Shown here one piece after another: positions 62,675 through 64,000 of a stretch of DNA of 64,000 nucleotides. Numbering within the stretch: the stretch's first letter is position 1; each line of letters opens with the position of its first letter. Origin of the DNA: Narcine bancroftii (taxonomy: Eukaryota); NCBI RefSeq assembly GCF_036971445.1, contig NC_091472.1, positions 175,646,001 to 175,710,000 on the forward strand, read 5' to 3'. Made by a program: the position numbers and the translations under genes. Under the pieces are notes generated by a model. It was not told where the DNA came from. It saw only the letters and a list, made by a program, of their open reading frames with translations, and did no database searches.

Positions 62675-64000
62675 GTCATTGAATTATACAGCTCAAAAGC
62701 AGGCCCCTTGGTCAAACTCATCCATACCCAACCAAACTAAGTCCCATTTGGCTCATATTCCTCTAAACCTTCCTATCCTTGTCCCTTTCTTTTAAAATTA
62801 TTTTTGTTGAGTTTTATCAGAAAAACAAACAAAAAAAAGCAGTCTATCATTTGCAATTAAACCTTCGCAGATTTACAAATAATAACATCTGATACAGTAG
62901 CAATACTGCTTAATTCTAAATCCAATAAATAATACATACAATATTTTAAGAGATAAGTAAGAAAAAATGAAAAGAAAAAAATTCAAACCCACGGCAATCA
63001 AGGTTAACATTTATATTGTAAGTAGTGATAAATCTGAACAAGAGGCCTCAGGGGATCCAAATCAAATTTTATCAATGAACTCTTGCTCTTAAAGGCATGA
63101 TATCTGCTTTATATTAAAAACTATTGAATAAGAAAGCAATTTCTTTAAGTGAAATTAAAACTGAATGGGAGAATGATCTGAGTATCTCTTTCTCAGATGA
63201 AGAATGGACTTCAATTTTGGGCCTGATTTATGATTCATCATTGTGTGCTGGGCATAGTCTTATTCAATTCAAAGTGCTACATCGTGTACATTTCTCTGAA
63301 GACAAATTTGCTCGAATTTATTCTGATATTAGTCCACTTTGTGACAAATGCTAAATATTCGATGCCTCTTTGTTACATATGTTTTGGACTTGTTCCAATT
63401 TGCAAAAATATTGGACTGACATTTTTAGGACTTTTTCTACCTTATTTAGGATCTCTTTAGATCCATGTCCAGTAATTGCACTATTTGGTTTTTCTAAAGA
63501 TATAAGTATTATTTTTATCTTCTAATCAAATACAGGTTATAACATTCTCCACTCTATTAGTAAGAAGAGCAATTCTGTTAAATGGAAAGATGAATTCCCA
63601 TCTACACATAATCAATAGCTATTGGATATTATGTCCTTTTCACATCTGGAGAAAATTAGGCATAATGTCACAGAAATCAAGATTTCTTTTGATATATCTT
63701 GGGGCCCATTTATAGCTCACTTCCATAATTTGACTAATTAGGTGAATGATGAATGTCACTAGACCAGCTTGTTTGGATCCCCATGTGCCTTTTTAAATAT
63801 TGTTATTGTGCCTGCTTTTATGACAATCATACTCTGGCAGCTTGTTCACCCTCCACATGAAAAAGGTGTCCCTCAAGTCCCTATTAAATCTTTTCCCTCT
63901 CACCTTAAATCTAGGTTTTCTAGATTTGGATTCCCCTAACCCTGGATCCCAAATGATCTAACCTTGTGGACCAGGATACCCACAAAGGACTTTGTCAAAG
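62675..64000 (-). mobile_element. CR1 3' end split by an L1 (pieces about 62675-62785 and 63783-64000)
   Basis: ctctaaaccttcctatcc before the insert and ctctggcagcttgttc...tttccctctcaccttaaa after it, as in 1780-1950. Confidence 0.65.
62786..63782. mobile_element. L1 3' portion with inversion
   Basis: 62786-63060 is 3' UTR on minus; 63061-63782 is ORF2 C-terminus on plus (WENDL, LIQFKVLHR, HMFWTC, EKIR); both arms share ttggatcccc. Confidence 0.8.

Overview
Eukaryotic, repeat-dense vertebrate genomic DNA. The mix of V-SINEs, Penelope-like elements, CR1, Rex1/Babar, L1 and RTE suggests a cartilaginous fish, probably a ray (inference). I recognise no host protein-coding exon, rRNA/tRNA gene or CRISPR array; nearly all long ORFs are retroelement remnants, their antisense shadows or minisatellite read-throughs. 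Contents: several CR1, L1, RTE and Rex1/Babar LINE copies, two decayed full-length Gypsy LTR retrotransposons (30626-34955 and 54332-58989, both minus strand), four solo LTRs, PLE fragments with decayed hammerhead motifs, hAT/Harbinger/Tigger-type DNA elements, and a four-level nested insertion (7460-16520) with a readable TSD at every level. The main observation is a Gypsy lineage with no tRNA PBS: the bases right after the 5' LTR are the reverse complement of the LTR's own AATAAAA region (34730-34807). At 58430-58862 an integrated fold-back (full LTR + inverted U3/R + exactly the 13-nt PPT) looks like a fossil of reverse transcription primed by the element's own RNA 3' end. Boundaries without a stated TSD are approximate.
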